Positions 1-16,592 of a DNA stretch of 64,000 nucleotides are shown piece after piece (the first letter of the stretch is position 1; each line of letters starts with the position of its first letter). A program made the translations under genes and the position numbers. This DNA is from the human T2T-CHM13v2.0 reference genome, Homo sapiens. Location: the NCBI RefSeq assembly GCF_009914755.1, contig NC_060927.1. The stretch is one strand, 5' to 3'. The notes below the pieces were generated by a model. That model saw nothing but the letters and a program-made list of their open reading frames with translations, ran no database searches and was not told the DNA's origin.

Positions 1-440
1 TTGTCTTACCAGAAATTGCTTTCATCACTCAAACTCCTTTTAGAAATACGATGTTCCTTTGCTTTCCATGAAGCAAACACACTGGGTTCTTGTCCCACCC
101 TTTATCTTGCCTCACTTTTCTTCACTGGTTCCTCTTCTATCTCCACTTTAAAACTGGCAGTGAGCATTTATCTAGGGTTTTTCTTTGAACTTCCCTTTAA
201 TCTGCATGATTTCTAGTGGGCAGCCTATCTTTAACTTCCATTTACATGCAGGGGAATGTCTTTTCTATCTTGAGCACCGATCCCCTCTTGAGCGCAGACC
301 ACTGAATTCAACCACCAGCTAGACATAGTCACCTGAGCAACTCAAACCCCAGTGTCCCTAACTGAGCTCTTTATCTGCACCCATTTCCAGCCAACGTTCT
401 CTTCCTCCTCTTGTCCAGTAATATTTGTCAAATAAATAAA
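1..440 (+). mobile_element. L2 LINE fragment (degenerate)
   Basis: Pyrimidine-rich L2-like blocks (caactcaaaccccagtgtccctaactgagctc) ending in aatatttgtcaaataaataaa, like an L2 3' end; boundaries approximate. Confidence 0.55.
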
Positions 441-839
441 AGAGGAAAACAAAGGGGGAACATAGGAAGATGAGAAGGCAGAAAGGTAGAAACTGTGTAT
501 TTAGAGAGTAAAATATTCACATCCATTAAACTATTATACAATACTTACTGATGGTCATGAAAAACTGTGATTTAAGAAAATGGTTTAATTCTTATTTAAG
601 GAAAACTCCCTCCCGTCCCATTGACTTTCCCTATCAAGTGCCCCCTTAAATTCGTTATACTTTAAAGAATGTCATTGTAACCTCTCTGTCTAATCCACCC
701 TAATCAGGGATCCAACTGCACAGTCTAGTCCTCGAGAATAACTAAGACATCTTCAGAGATTTCAGGCTTGTTTTTGACAGAAAGACCACAAAGATTCAGA
801 GTCAGCCACACTAGTATTTATTTTATATATTAAACACAT

Positions 840-1420
<581 letters not shown>

Positions 1421-2035
1421 ATTGCTCCGTTTCTCTGTTTCCAAGGTGGGTGAATAAGTGAACGAACATTTAGTGTGATTTCATGGGTACTAGGAAGGCT
1501 CAATTTCCTTGAATAGGCCCTCCTATCATCTATTTGCTGATGCCTAAAATTTCAGGTCAGAGCCTAACTCCTTTAGTGAAACAGAGTGATCTCTATTCAA
1601 ATGCAAATTAAACTTTATCTGTCCTTTATACGTTAGTACAAACTGATTTATCAAGACATTTCGTGACAGCAGATTTTGATCATGGGAATGTCCAAGGGGA
1701 CACTAAAACGACTCAGATTATAAAATAAAGTAGGATTCTTAGCGGAGGAAAAAGGGTAGGGGGAAAGGATATTGAGGTTGTGACTGACTACTTAGGCTTG
1801 CCTAAATTGGCTATGTATGTTTAGGGGACATTTCTGTGTGTGTGTTTGTTTGGGGAAGGAGTGTAGGTACAGACACTTCTTTTGTTTTTTTGGTGTACTG
1901 GGGGTTTCAATATTTTCATTCGAGTAGGAAGATCAAAATAGACCTAAATTTGCTATAGAACAGAAAAAGTACAGAGGTTCCAACCTATGGAATATAACCT
2001 TTAGAGGAATTGTGGAATTATTACAAGTTAATACA

Positions 2036-2340
<305 letters not shown>

Positions 2341-5300
2341 TGAATTTATATGTTCCCCAAGCACTGCTTTTAGAGTAAATCAATAATAATCCCACTCATA
2401 TGTATATTATTGTTTTTCAAAATTTATAGGTTCTAAATTATAAACATCCTTAAATTATATTATAAAGTTAATTTATAAATTATATAATAAAAATAAATTT
2501 ATAACTTAGAATCTCCAAATTTTGAAAAACTGTAATACACATATTAGAGGGGCTTACTATTTATTCATTCCAAAAGCATGGTAGTTTTGCCATTATAAAT
2601 GTTCTCAATTAATTTAGAGCAGGAATGAGTAAAGAGTCTCTATTTTTCTAACTTCATTTTTGAATTTTAAACCAATAGCCCAGGGAAGAAATTTGGAATC
2701 AGGTTGAATAAGTTGGGTATTCTTCTATGTGCTTTATTTATATATGTAAATTATGGTGCTGAACTCAAGATAACATCTTTTCATTGACATCAGTTTTGGA
2801 GTGAATAGTTAGAAATTGTGTTGAGGCACAAAAAGGAATGTATCTCTGGCTCAGCACCCTGAATAGTGCACAGACAGGCAAATAGATGTATGTGTGCCTG
2901 TTGTGCTTTATTGCTACATGGAGCAACACAACATTTTCTTGCTTTCTTTTACCTTTGCCTCTTTAACGCAGCAATTAAAACACTTGTAACACATAACAAA
3001 TCAAGCTATAGCTTTCTAACAATTATCATATCTAGATACAGTAACAGGATCGGTGAAGACATGTTCATTGAAATACCCATTGGGCCACAGTCATCAGCTG
3101 CATTTGAGATCAAATCAGGCTATTAAACCACAGGCCACAGCGTCTGTGATTTGCATGAGTAATTAGAAATGATTAATATAATGCCTTGCTTAATTAAACT
3201 TATCTCATAAGGGCACCTCTTGAAAACTCATAAGCTTGACAATGCATAATCACTCTAGATATGTTGGGCATATGATTTTTTGACTCCAATGAAGAATTTT
3301 TTGACTATTCTTCATGATTATTTTAAATAGACATGATTTAGTGGTACAAACAACCTGTGTATTGGATATCCTGGGAATTTAAAAATGCTATAGAACAGTG
3401 TAGAAAAAACACAAAATTATGGTGTTTCAGGGAACACTCTAGCTGAGTGAGAAGAGAATGTAGATTGTTTTATTCAGCCTAGCCACTAAGTGACATGCCT
3501 AGTTCTTTAATACAAGCGTAGCAACATTTAAGAAAAATTTTCAGTCAAACGTTTGCTTAGTTTTTAGTTCAACAGTTAAGATGAAGAATAAGATGAAACC
3601 TTTTAAGTGCCTTCAAGGTACCAAGCCATAGAGTAAATGTTGCCATAAATACAAAATGAAGAATGAAGACTAATTTTGTTTGTTTTTGAAGACTAATGTT
3701 GAATTTAAATGGTATAAAGTAGAATGGGATAAATTTTTTTTTACAAAACAAATACTGTTCATATGCCAAATTACTTAGCTATAATTTTTAAAGTCAGGGA
3801 AGATGAGTTTATAGCAAAAGCTAAAGAAAGAGTACAAATACCTACAGACTCACTTGTTAATTCCCTACTTCTTGTCAGAATGAATTTCTCAGGGTGACCC
3901 AATAAGTAGATATTTTTGAGGGTCCCACAAATTTTTAAAATATAAATACATACTTAATTTTCAATGTTTAACACATAAATTTTAAGTTTAAAAATAACAA
4001 TTAAAAATACTTCCCAAAAAGCATTTTTAACAAATGCTTCTTCTTGGATTCTACTAATAGGATGAGGAAAGTTGACTTAAAGAATTGGAAAGATGAATAT
4101 TGGGAACCATGAGAGTCTTCTGCAATAGGCAATAATGACATTATTGCCCATGAAATTGTTTGCTTATGTGTTTAGTACAATGCTGATTGCATACTCTGTT
4201 CTAGGTATATTACTCAGTACTTGTCTAATAATCTGAGTGCTAGAATACTTGATTTCAGCAAACAATAAAGCATTGTTCCAGCATGTGGCAATTTATAGTT
4301 CAAGAGTCACTTTAAGACAGCCAAATGTGTCATTAAGAGGCGGAGTTCCACTGTTTAGCAAAAATAAACACATGTCATATGTAAGGTAGCAGCTTTTACT
4401 GCTATTTCAGAAGGGTGTGCTATTGCAAAGATTATTTTTACACAAAGAATATAGAATATAACAGTCATAAAACAAATCGTTTGATAACAGTGAGATATTT
4501 CTTTAGATTTAGGGTTCATATTGTCAGTTGAATCAACTAATGTGCTGAACTGTCATTGAAATAGGTAATGAGGTGTGTTTTCAAGAGGAGATGCCTATGT
4601 TGGGTTTAATTCATCCATTTTTTGTGGTGCCAAGTTTTAGTTCTGAGCCTTCCTTTTCTCTTTTACCTACTCAAATATGATTTTGATTGATATTGCACTT
4701 GAACTCCATATAAATAAGCAAGTATATCTTAAACCACTTTATGTGAAAATGTATAAGCACAAAGCTCCTAATCACAAAAAGTTTTTAAATTATATTTGAG
4801 AGGATAAAACATAGAAAGATCAGAAGAAGGAGGCAGACGTAATAATTATTGCAAGAGAAGACATATAGTCTAAAAATTGTGATGTTTTAGTGTGTTTTGG
4901 TGCAGGGTATATACTCTAGCCTTGCCATAAATACTAATCTTTGTCCATGTATATACAAGAAATGTGCATTTCTAAACTTAACAGGATTGCTATAGATCAT
5001 GAAAGAGCTCACAAAACTACCAAAGCCTCTGAACGTGGCTCTTTAGTTAAAAGCCCTGAACGACTGGGTCCTTCTCAGTTTTGGAACTTTTACTGTGCTA
5101 CTACAGAATAGGGACTCAGTACACTTGTCCAGGGGAGTTGAAATAAGTGGAATATAGTTGAATGATCTGGTGTTTAGAACTAGCTATTACTGAACTCAGC
5201 ATGTGCATCCTGTTGATGCTGCACATGCTCACTGATGTAGTAAAAAAGAAAAATGAATCGTTGGGTTTAAATGTCGAGGATCTTACCATGGAAAAGTAGA

Positions 5301-5539
5301 AGGTTTGTGTACAGGAAGAAGGATATGGAAGGCCATTCCAAAGACTCCTGATAAGTAATTTATTACGTGCAAGAGAGCACTAATCTAGACCACAGCAAGT
5401 AGTAAATGGAAAGAGCATCAACCTGTGTTATGGTCTTGGGTTTGCCATTAATTAGTGGTGTGATCTTGGATAAACTCCTTAATCCCTGTGAACCCAACAT
5501 CCTTATATATAAAGTAAAATGAAGCAGAGATTGAACTAG

Positions 5540-5874
<335 letters not shown>

Positions 5875-5924
5875 AAACTAGATCATTTCTAAGATTTCTT
5901 ACCTGTCCCAGATTCTATGATCGC

Positions 5925-6187
5925 AATTTCCAAAATATGTTGTGAAAGAACTTAATAAACATTCTGTGAGAATGTATTCTATGATAAAAAATAAAGTCCA
6001 CTAAACACTTGGATAATTTTTTAAATGATACAATTTTTGGTAACTTTAGTATACTAATGTTCATTTCATGACTATCCAGTAGAATCTCATCAAGCTTATT
6101 TGACTATGAAATGGATCCTTTTTATGTAAAACCTATTGTCAACTAAAGACATGGTCATATTCCACAGACTAGAGTTTGGGCAAAGCA
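5925..6187. mobile_element. hAT-Charlie-type non-autonomous DNA transposon relic (MER112-like)
   Basis: Termini tttccaaaatatgttgtg ... ttccacagactagagtttgggcaaagc resemble Charlie-family terminal inverted repeats; family uncertain. Confidence 0.4.
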
Positions 6188-6249
6188 CATTTATGATTTT
6201 GAAAATTCTTTAGTAGCCCTTAGCCAGAACTCATCACATCAACTAATAT

Positions 6250-6470
6250 TCCAGCGAATTTCAAACATCCTTATTGGGTACCTCCTATGTAAAAAACTTC
6301 CAAATATTATCTTGCCGAATCATCACAACAGATTGGTGGTGTTAATCTCATATTACAGGTAAAGACATTGAACTCTGAGAGTTCAATGGTTGGCCTAATG
6401 TCACAAAGCAGGGAGTGTAGTTGAAATTGTAACCCAGTATTCTGAGTCTACTGGGATTTCTACCTTGCCT
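6250..6470 (-). mobile_element. MIR
   Basis: atcacaaca...atctcatattacaggtaaagacattgaactctgagagtt...aatgtcacaaagc matches the reverse-complement MIR core. Confidence 0.65.
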
Positions 6471-6821
6471 CACATCCTTTCACAACCACCAAAGCCACCC
6501 TTTAACCTTTTTACCTCAGATTACCTCAGCAGGGTAATCTGAGGTGGGTTTCTCTGCATGCGGTGCCAGGCAAAGGGAGCAGTGCCCATGGGCCACTCAG
6601 AAGAGGATAATACCTACCATTCATGAATACTACAATAGAGGCCACAGCCTCATATTTAATGGTTCCAACACTCAGGGTGACACCTGGTGGAAACATCTTC
6701 CTGTAATTACTTCTGTGATTTGGTACACATCATATTCTAATAAAGAAAAAAATAAATATATTTCCATGACTTTGAGAAATATGTTCTATAAGGAGGAATT
6801 TTCAAACTTTAATTAACTAGC

Positions 6822-6976
6822 TTATTTTAAAGATAGAGCCTTGCTCTGTCGCCTGGGCTGGAGTGCAGTGGCAAGATCATGGCAGACTGTAATCTCGGCC
6901 TTCTGGGCTCAAAAGATCCTCCTGCCTCAGCCTTTTGAGTAGCTGGGACTACAGCTGTGTACCACCACGACTGGCT
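6822..6976 (-). mobile_element. Free Alu monomer (FRAM-like / AluJ right arm)
   Basis: Single right-arm unit agagccttgctctgtcgcc...gactggct; degenerate TSD taaggaggaatttt/taaagaagaatttt. Confidence 0.85.
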
Positions 6977-7703
6977 GTAAAGAAGAATTTTTATGACATT
7001 TATTTGTTTTAAATTTTTAAAATGTCTTTCTCAATCATTTGCTTTCCATGAATTTATAGTCCCAGAGCAAGCTGACTTGTCTACCTTCACAACTGTTTCT
7101 ACAGAAGGATTTCATTCTTATTTTAGAGGGAGGGCATTGATGCATTGTGAAATTAGCGACTAGATATACCTCAGCAACTCAGTGTTTGCTTAGGATTCAA
7201 AGGCAGGCACCACTATTCTCTTGTTTCTTAGCCTATGACATGCCACTCTCAAACTTGGCTGTTCTCGCTGGCTTCTGGGTAGAGAGTCAGACGAACTTCA
7301 GTGAGCATAAGTTTTCTAACAGATTAAAAAGAATTAGACAAAAACAGGACAGAAAAAAGCAAAAAATAATCAGCTATGGCTAGGTAAAACTTTCTGACAA
7401 ATTTACAGGGGATTTGCCCTGAACCAAATGTCTACTGAATTTATTTGTAGTTATCAAGAAGTTCAATCAAGAGATGAGGGAATTCCAATACTGATTTTTC
7501 CCAAACTGATGTTCTACTCCCAAGCACATAATTTTGAAAGAAGGCTCTGAAGTAATAGCTTATTTAGTGTCTTTTCGAAATAAGAAATCAATACATCCTC
7601 AAATTTTCCAAAAAAACAATAGTCCCAAGGCCAACAGTTGACCAGAATGAATGTCATCACCAAACGATTGATCTTAATAAGCTGCACCATATTTTCCACC
7701 TGA

Positions 7704-7990
<287 letters not shown>

Positions 7991-8419
7991 TGAATCAGTG
8001 TATTCTTTTTCTCATAGTCACATAACAAGAACATGACGGAGGTGATTAGGGAAGGAATAAAATGACTAAAGAGGATTCTGGCACTGTTCCATGCCTCACT
8101 TTCCCCATTTCTAAACGAGAGTGAGTTATTCTTATTCTTTAATTAGTGGCAATCTAAATAAACAAACTCCTCCCACACACTACAATTAAATAGGATCTAC
8201 TCCAGGTAAAGAAGTTCTTAAAGAAGTTTGTGTTTTTTTCTTATCTCTGAATTTTCTAGAACTGATCCTACTGAAAAATGCAGTGAAAGAATAGCCAACC
8301 CTAGCAAAAACACCAAATGACCCTACAGGATCACTGACTACAAAGTCTGGGGAAACACTGAGGAGTGGTTCTGACCTTGATCAGATTTACTCAAGAGCAC
8401 GTCTTACAGTTAATAGAGA

Positions 8420-8620
8420 GATGGACTCAAATCCAAAGCCCAGAGGTTTACCTTGGACCCTGACACAGTAGCTATGTGGCTTGGGTAACTAACTTCGGTT
8501 TTCTAAGCTTGACTCCTCATCTGGGGTCTTGGCTTTTGCCTTGTCTGCTTCACAGGGTGGCAAAGATGATCAAATAAAATAATATATGAGAACATGTAGG
8601 AAAATATGAAATGCTATAGA
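8420..8620 (+). mobile_element. MIR
   Basis: agtagctatgtggcttgggtaactaacttcggttttctaagcttgactcctcatctg...tcacagggt matches the MIR core. Confidence 0.65.
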
Positions 8621-8848
8621 AATAGACATATGGAGCGCCCAGTCTGTAGACTATTTGGCCCCATGTCTATCTCTGTTAAATTACCTACTCCATGGGAACA
8701 TCTGAGACTCTTTTATTTATAGAAAGACTGAATAGAATAATACTTATGCCAGGCCCAGTGACCTGCTGGACATGTGTATGCCTGTGAAAGATGATTTTAA
8801 TTGTTTCTGTGAGATACTTTCATAGCTTCCTCAGCAGAGTTACCAGAC

Positions 8849-8888
8849 GTGTGTGTGTGTGTGTCTGTGTGTGTGTGTGTGTGTGTGT
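8849..8888. repeat. (TG)n microsatellite replacing an Alu tail
   Basis: About 20 GT units with one interruption, abutting the AluJ 3' end. Confidence 0.95.
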
Positions 8889-9191
<303 letters not shown>

Positions 9192-10109
9192 TAAAACAGC
9201 ACTGTGGTATGCTCTACTCTGTAGCTGTCATCTTCCATCGTTAGAGTATTGTGAGATCAACACAATCACTCATATGGTAAAGACATGGAAGAAACTGAAG
9301 TGAGAAATAGGGAGACTTAGGAGCAGATTTGTCACTGAAATTGTGGTAGGATGCTAATAGATAAAACGTAAAGTCATGTAACACATTATCTGGTCATTAG
9401 GGAACAGAACATGATTTCTATGGGAATAAAAACTTAAGCACTATGCACCATATCCTTACATACCCTAATAAACCCCAGCTGCCACATGTCCCCTTCAACA
9501 TGAGGATGGACTCAAACGGTACCTAAAAGCCATTGAAGAGACATTTTAATAATCATTAAAATAGTTCAGGTGGTGCCAGGAGAACCCAAAAGTCCTCCAC
9601 AAAATTCTTTTCGGAATAGGAGGTCCTATCTAGCTTCCCAAAGTCCTCCAAGTAGTTTCTCAAAATGTTCAAGAAGGAAACTCAGGTCCTAGAAATTCAT
9701 GAAAAAAGATGATTTTTAATTATCTCTGGTCATACACCTTCCACTATACCCCAAACTCCACTCCTGACTGATCAGGTTTACTGATTCATTTCTCTCATCC
9801 TGATACTCCTGTCCCTCTTCTAGAGCACTTCAAGCTCTAATTTTAAAACCCATCTAGCCTTTCTGACCTCTTTTTAATTCTGAGGCTCAGCCCATTTCCT
9901 CAAACAGGCAACAAAACAAAATTCACACACTGTAGGTTGATACCTCAGCAAGGAAGTTTCTTTCCACTGTAGAAAGTTGGCAGATGGAGAGGAGTGGATG
10001 TTGCAAATATATTCATATTATTCAATTTACAGATACCTATGGGCAGATGAATAGATAGACCTGTACTAAAATATATCCACATTTATAGGCTTACAGAATT
10101 AAAATACAG

Positions 10110-10270
10110 TGAACACTAATAGGTTTACAAGATAATGGGTTTATTCCAGAGATGAAAAATACTGAGGCCAGAGAAGTACCTGGAGATTCACAGAGCTCAA
10201 TAAAGATAGAACAGGGACAGATGTCCTACGATCCTTGCTTTCCAAAACATCGATTCTTCCTCCAGGCATG
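10110..10270 (-). mobile_element. MIR-type fragment
   Basis: agagatgaaaaatactgaggccagagaagtacctggagattcacagagc resembles the MIR core. Confidence 0.55.
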
Positions 10271-11467
10271 AGTAATAAGTAGATGACTAAAATAAGCACA
10301 TGCATGCAGGTATTCATTCACAAGTTATAAGACATTTTGGAGTGTTTAAATTTTAGTTATAAGAAGCTTTGTATGGCTGGAATAATTCATACTAAAGACA
10401 GTTCATTCTGCTGTATACTCTAGAGACCACTTCTATCCTTTTTTGGCTCCATCTTTGTAAGATCACAACTTCTATAAACTATGATACCCACACTGGCACA
10501 TATAATTTAAAATAATACACACAAATAATATAATTTTGATTCTATGATTAAAAAACATTTTCTCTTCAAGTGATTTTTAATAACACTTTATACAGTTATG
10601 CTTTTACTTTTCTCCTTATTTTATTCTGCAACTGAAGTTCTGACTTCTCATTAATTGGGTCAGTAAGCAATCACTAACGCAAATAAACAAAAACCCTCAT
10701 TTAAAAATCTTCTTTCTTCATGAATTTTTAGAACCTAAGTTTCTTTTAATCTCAGCAGTACATAATAGCATGTCTCTAGAACGTACTTTCCTGCCCTCTG
10801 ACTAAAAGTGACATCAACTTTCTCCCTGGGTCATGGTCTCTACTCAGGCTCATTCCAATTAGTCAGCAGCACAGTCCTTAGATGCTCTGCCTCAGTGATT
10901 TCTGGGAAGCAGGACAGAAAACAGCCGGGGTCTTATGCAAACTGGAGCAAGACACTGAATTATTATTTAGTAGTAATTTCTCCCTCTTTTTACCTTACTC
11001 TATCTCCAGCTGCCAAGAGCCCATTTAGCATTCTTACTGGGTAAGATAATTGGGAACTAGTTTTCCTCCAAAATATGCTGATCAGTCACAGTCACAAGGA
11101 GGAGGGTATGTTCCCAGACCAAAGAAGAGGGTTTTAAAATAATTTATCTGGCAACACTCTGAGAGAGTAATATGTTGGTTTTCAGAGACCTATAGGGCTA
11201 AGAAGATGTAACTGGGAACCAGAAGGGGGAAAAGAAGGAACTTGATTTTTTAGAAACTTGTGGGTGGCTCAAACTAGTGTTGTTCAGGAGGTGTTCAACA
11301 ATTGCTTGAGGAATGAAGTAATGCTATCTGAAGCTTATAAAGTAGAGGAGCAAAAAAATGGCAGGGATTGATGTTTCTGGGCCTAGAATGGAGCCAGCTG
11401 TCCTGATGGGATCTCAAGAGGAAGAGCTGAAGGCTGTCTAACTACTTAGTGATAACTCAGAACCCAT

Positions 11468-11779
11468 GTTTGTTTGTTTGTTTGTTGTTTGTTTTTTTGA
11501 GACACAGTTTCACTCTGTCCCCAAGCTAGAGTGAAGTGGCAAGATCTCGGCTCACTGCAACCTCCACCTCCCAGGTTCAAACGATTCTCTTGCCTCAGTC
11601 TCCCAAACAGCTGGGATTACAAGTGTCTGCCTCCACACCTGGCCAATTTTTGTATTATTAGTAGAGACGGGGTTTCACCAGGTTGGCCAGGCTGGTCTCA
11701 AATTCCTGATCTCAAGTGATCCGCCCGCTTCAGCCTCCCAGTGTGCTGGGATTACAGGCGCAAGCCATCGTGCCCATCC
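11468..11779 (-). mobile_element. AluS (Sz/Sx-like) with (TTTG)n tail
   Basis: gcaacctcc, gattctc, ttggccaggctggtctc, ctcaagtgatccgccc; TSD catgttt. Confidence 0.93.
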
Positions 11780-11919
11780 TCATGTTTTTTTCCCTGAAAC
11801 CACATAGCTGCCAAGGCACTTCTAATTCAACAACTTTGTTCACCTGGTTCATGGAATTCAGGAAGAACAATATATTTGATATTACCACCTTGATTTAATG
11901 CTTGGCAAACATTGAGAAG

Positions 11920-12300
11920 AGGGAAACCAGAGCTCCTGTCCAGAGCTTCTCTCATGGCTCAACATCTAACCATCTGGATAAGCCACTTCATCCGTTTAGG
12001 CCTTCATTTCCCGATCTATGAGAGGAGTGAGTTGGATTAAATTGATGAGTGGAATCCTTAGGCCTTAAAATTCTGTTCTGCGTCTGTTATGGGAAGTTTA
12101 GTAAAGAGCAGGGGTGCCAGAGACTGTGCTAAACTTTTTCAAAGGCTTCATATCCCTTAATCCTTATTTCATCCCTATACATTACGTATTATTGCCACCC
12201 CTCCTTTTAAAATAGGAGACCCAAGGCATAATGGTTTAGAACATGTTCAAGGTCACACAGTTAGTAAATGTTAAAGCTGGGACTCTAACTCTGAGCATAT
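11920..12300. mobile_element. Two adjacent MIR fragments in opposite orientation (+ ~11920-12080, - ~12110-12300)
   Basis: ggataagccacttc...ggccttcatttcccgatct...gttggattaaat (+); gttcaaggtcacacagttagtaaatg...gctgggact (-). Confidence 0.6.
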
Positions 12301-13766
12301 TTATTGTTGCAAGTTTTATAGGCAGATTAATGGGAAGCAGCCCCAGTCTTATCCTGAAAACAACAATAAAAGGATGATCACTTTAGATTGCATCCTGGTG
12401 CTTAAAATAGAACTGTGACATGAATTGTCATGAAGTGATTATTTTCTCCCTTGTGCCAGATTTAAATAAGTGGGAAGTGCAGTCAAAACCTGAGAAAAAT
12501 CTCCGTAGGGTTTTGAAATCATCATTGGGCATATAATATGATGGCACTAAACTCCATTAACCCCTACTCTTGCTTCAATCAACAAAACTTTATTGAGACA
12601 TCAAATGTGCACTGAATGTTAAATGGAGACCTGTAGTCAGCTTATCTTAAAATCCTTGTATATGTGCAGGGAACAAGACAGACAGTTTGTGTCCATGAAA
12701 ATAAAAATAGGTAAGGAAGAATTTTAACATGCTTGAACTGAGACAGTTTAAAAGTATATATCCTCTTGTAACTATCTAGAATATATATCTATCCACTTTT
12801 AAGATGCAAAAATGACTAGATGTTGGTTAAGAAATGTGAGGGTCAGTAAATGCATTTTTTTTTTCATGTACTAAACCTGAGGAAACTAATCCCAGGTTGT
12901 CCAAGAGGAAGATGTAATTTGGGCCCTATAATCACTAGTCATTTTCCTGCACATAAACATACACAGAGTACAAATTTTAACTAAATTTTGTTTGTTATGG
13001 CTATCTAATTTTACTCAACGCATACTGATAGTTATTGCAGCTCTATGTACATTAAAACATACACACACAGAGAGATGTATATTTCTATCATCTGTCCACC
13101 TACCAAATGGATTTTCTACGGCAATAAAGTGACTGTAAACTAGATGCATTGACGCAGCCCTTCACGTCTTATAATTAGGAAACATTATTTGAACCTCAAA
13201 CTCTCAAGAAGTTCCAAAGGCTTCCCCTTTGAGTAGGAAAGCATTAGCAATGTTGGGAGAAATGTCTGAGGAAATGTAGCCGAGCTATATATTCTCTGCA
13301 GGGACTTTGGGGTCTCTTCCAACAGTAAAACTCAGTGTCCTTTCCATTTTTTGATAAACAGCAAGAATATTATATCTATTTAATCTCTGACTTCCTTTTG
13401 AGAGTAGAAACTACGGCTGTCTTGAACCTGAGCTTCCCAATGACGAAAATATGACTCCGTATGGACTTAGGGAATGAAAAAAGATAGAGATTTTATAGAC
13501 ACAGGATAGTTCAGGTTGTCACATTGCTTTGAGGAGTTATACCCGTTACTCAGCCTTGTTAAAAATCTGAAAGAGACTCAGGCCATGTCAGAGGCAATCA
13601 CTTCCAGGGGACTTGTTTTGTGTCCTTGGCTGTGGTAGTCATATTTGTTCAGCTTGTTCAGCTTTTTTCTTCATTTTTCACCCCTTAGTATCCTATATGC
13701 CTTGATTGTGGCAAAGTTTCTTATAACAACTTAGTATTGAGGTTTCTTATTTGAAAGTGCTGATGA

Positions 13767-14091
<325 letters not shown>

Positions 14092-14331
14092 GATCCTTTT
14101 TCAAATATATATTTTATGACCAGATGGATGAGCAGCAGCTGTATGTAAAGGATGATGTTTAGTACAATCGATGGCTCTAGTCCCTCTAACACATATCCAC
14201 CAAGGCGGAGGAGGGTATTTTCATGATTTTTAAAATTAATTATCAGCCATCTGGCCATTGTAATAATGTTCTTTTACTGATGGGTAGACCCACATATAGA
14301 TGAGTAAATGTTATAAAATAAGTCATTTTTA

Positions 14332-14651
14332 TTTATTTTTCACTTAAATTAGTTTATTCATTTTAGAAACAGAGTGTGGCTCTCTGTGCTGCCCTGGCTT
14401 CAGTGCAGTGGTGTGATCATAGCTCACTGGAGCCTTGAACTCCTGGGCTCATGCCATCCTCCCACCACAGCCTCCCAAGTAACTGGAACTACAGGTGCAT
14501 GGCACCATGCCCAGCTAATATTTAAATTTTTTGTAGAGACAGGGTCTTGCTTTCTTGCCCAGGCTGTTCTTGAACTCCTGGGCTTAAGTGATCCTCTAAC
14601 CTTGGCCTCCCAAACTGCTGGGATTATAGGCATGAGCTACTGCACCTGGCC
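14332..14651 (-). mobile_element. AluJ (Jo-like)
   Basis: J diagnostics; perfect 16-bp TSD aaataagtcattttta at 14316-14331 and 14652-14667. Confidence 0.93.
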
Positions 14652-14899
14652 AAATAAGTCATTTTTAGATTGGGGAGGAGGACCTACAATTGAGTGTAAA
14701 ACGGTTAAATAGCAACACCTCACATATTGCTGAAAGTATATCTTTTATGTTATTGCTTTCATCTTAGACTTTATCAAAGGAATGGCTCTCTTCACCAAAG
14801 AGAATGGAATAGGAACCTTCCTTATGCTATTATCAACACAGGTTAAGGAGAGAGCTTTAGAGGCAAGCAAACAGAAAAATAAAATTATTGCTGGTGTTA

Positions 14900-15130
14900 A
14901 AGCAGAGTGTACACTCTAGCTCTCCAGGTAGCAACCCAGTCACACATTGGTCCCACTAATTCCTGATTCCTTGGCAAAGTGACTCATGCTCTTTAAACTC
15001 TATTTTCTTTATTTTAAAAAACAAGATAAAAATATTCACCTCTCAGAACTGTTAGGAAGATTGAACAAGAAAATTATGCATAATGCAACAAAATAGCTGA
15101 TAGTAAGTGCTCAATGAATAAGTTCTCTTG
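14900..15130 (+). mobile_element. MIR
   Basis: ccttggcaaagtgactc...acctctcagaactgttaggaagattgaacaag...tagtaagtgctcaatgaat. Confidence 0.65.
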
Positions 15131-15422
15131 TCACATTTGGGAGTGAAGAAAGCCTATAATTTTGGTAGAATTTTGTGATTGAAAAGACAAGGCCATCTAC
15201 AAATAATAAAGAGGCTGAATGTCACTCATAATAAAACATGGACAAGAAGTCAGTGGGAAACATTGAAGGTTAGTAGAAATAAGATAATACAAAGTGATGA
15301 CAAGTGGGTAATCTGTTAAGGATTATCACCAGGATTTTAGTGAGAAGGAAATGAAGATTCACATATCCCCAGAGTAAAAGTTGTGGGTCACGATAGCATA
15401 GTGGTTAAGAGTGTAGGCTGAA

Positions 15423-15915
<493 letters not shown>

Positions 15916-16271
15916 TTACTGGAAATTCAAAGTGCGGTTTTGGGGTTTACAAGAGCTGATGGATGTAAAGTGCTTAGAAGAATGCCTAGGACAGAGTACG
16001 CACTATTCCACAGGCTTAGCTTCTGTGTGTCTGTGTCTATGTATGTGTTTCTGTGTATGCACAAGCTGGTATAATAAATTACATATAGTTGTCATTTCAG
16101 AGTAGGATCCAGTCATTTCTGAATAAATCAATGTGCCTTTTTCACAAAGCCCGTTGGACTTCTGCAGTTATTTTTAAACATGGGGACCTGAGCTGGGTGC
16201 ACTATACTTGACAAGATCAGAAGAGGTATAATGACCACAACTGGAAAAACAAACAGTATCATCCCTTCAAG

Positions 16272-16592
16272 TGGAGTTTCTCAGAGCATGGAACTTAGGC
16301 CATTTGCATTGAAATCACCTGGGGTGCTTATTTAAATGCAGATTCTCAAATCTTATTTCTAAGGTTACCATATACTTTATTGTTCAAACCAGGACATTTT
16401 TGAGAGTGAAAGAGATTGCTATAAATAATCATGCCAGGCTAATGAGCATAAACTATACTGTGCTAGGCAAAAGAGAACATAGGGTGCCCCTTACCCATCT
16501 CAGATCTATAGCTCTTTTGTGATTGAGTCCCAGAAATTTGCATTTCTATTAGGTTTCCAAGATGATTCTTTCACAGTGTAAAATTTGAGAAA
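16272..16592. mobile_element. MER5-family (hAT-Charlie) element interrupted by a MER81-like element
   Basis: gaaatcacctggggtgcttatttaaatgcagattc ... cccagaaatttgcatttcta...gatgattct...aaatttgagaa. Confidence 0.75.
16360..16491. mobile_element. MER81-like (hAT-Blackjack) MITE
   Basis: taaggttaccata...ttattgttcaaaccaggacatttttgagagtgaaag...aataatcatgccagg matches MER81 as recalled. Confidence 0.7.

Noticed and set aside
7514-7700. Protein-like minus-strand frame VENMVQLIKINRLV...
   Set aside because: ORF begins in an Alu, the putative acceptor has no pyrimidine tract, and I recognise no homologue
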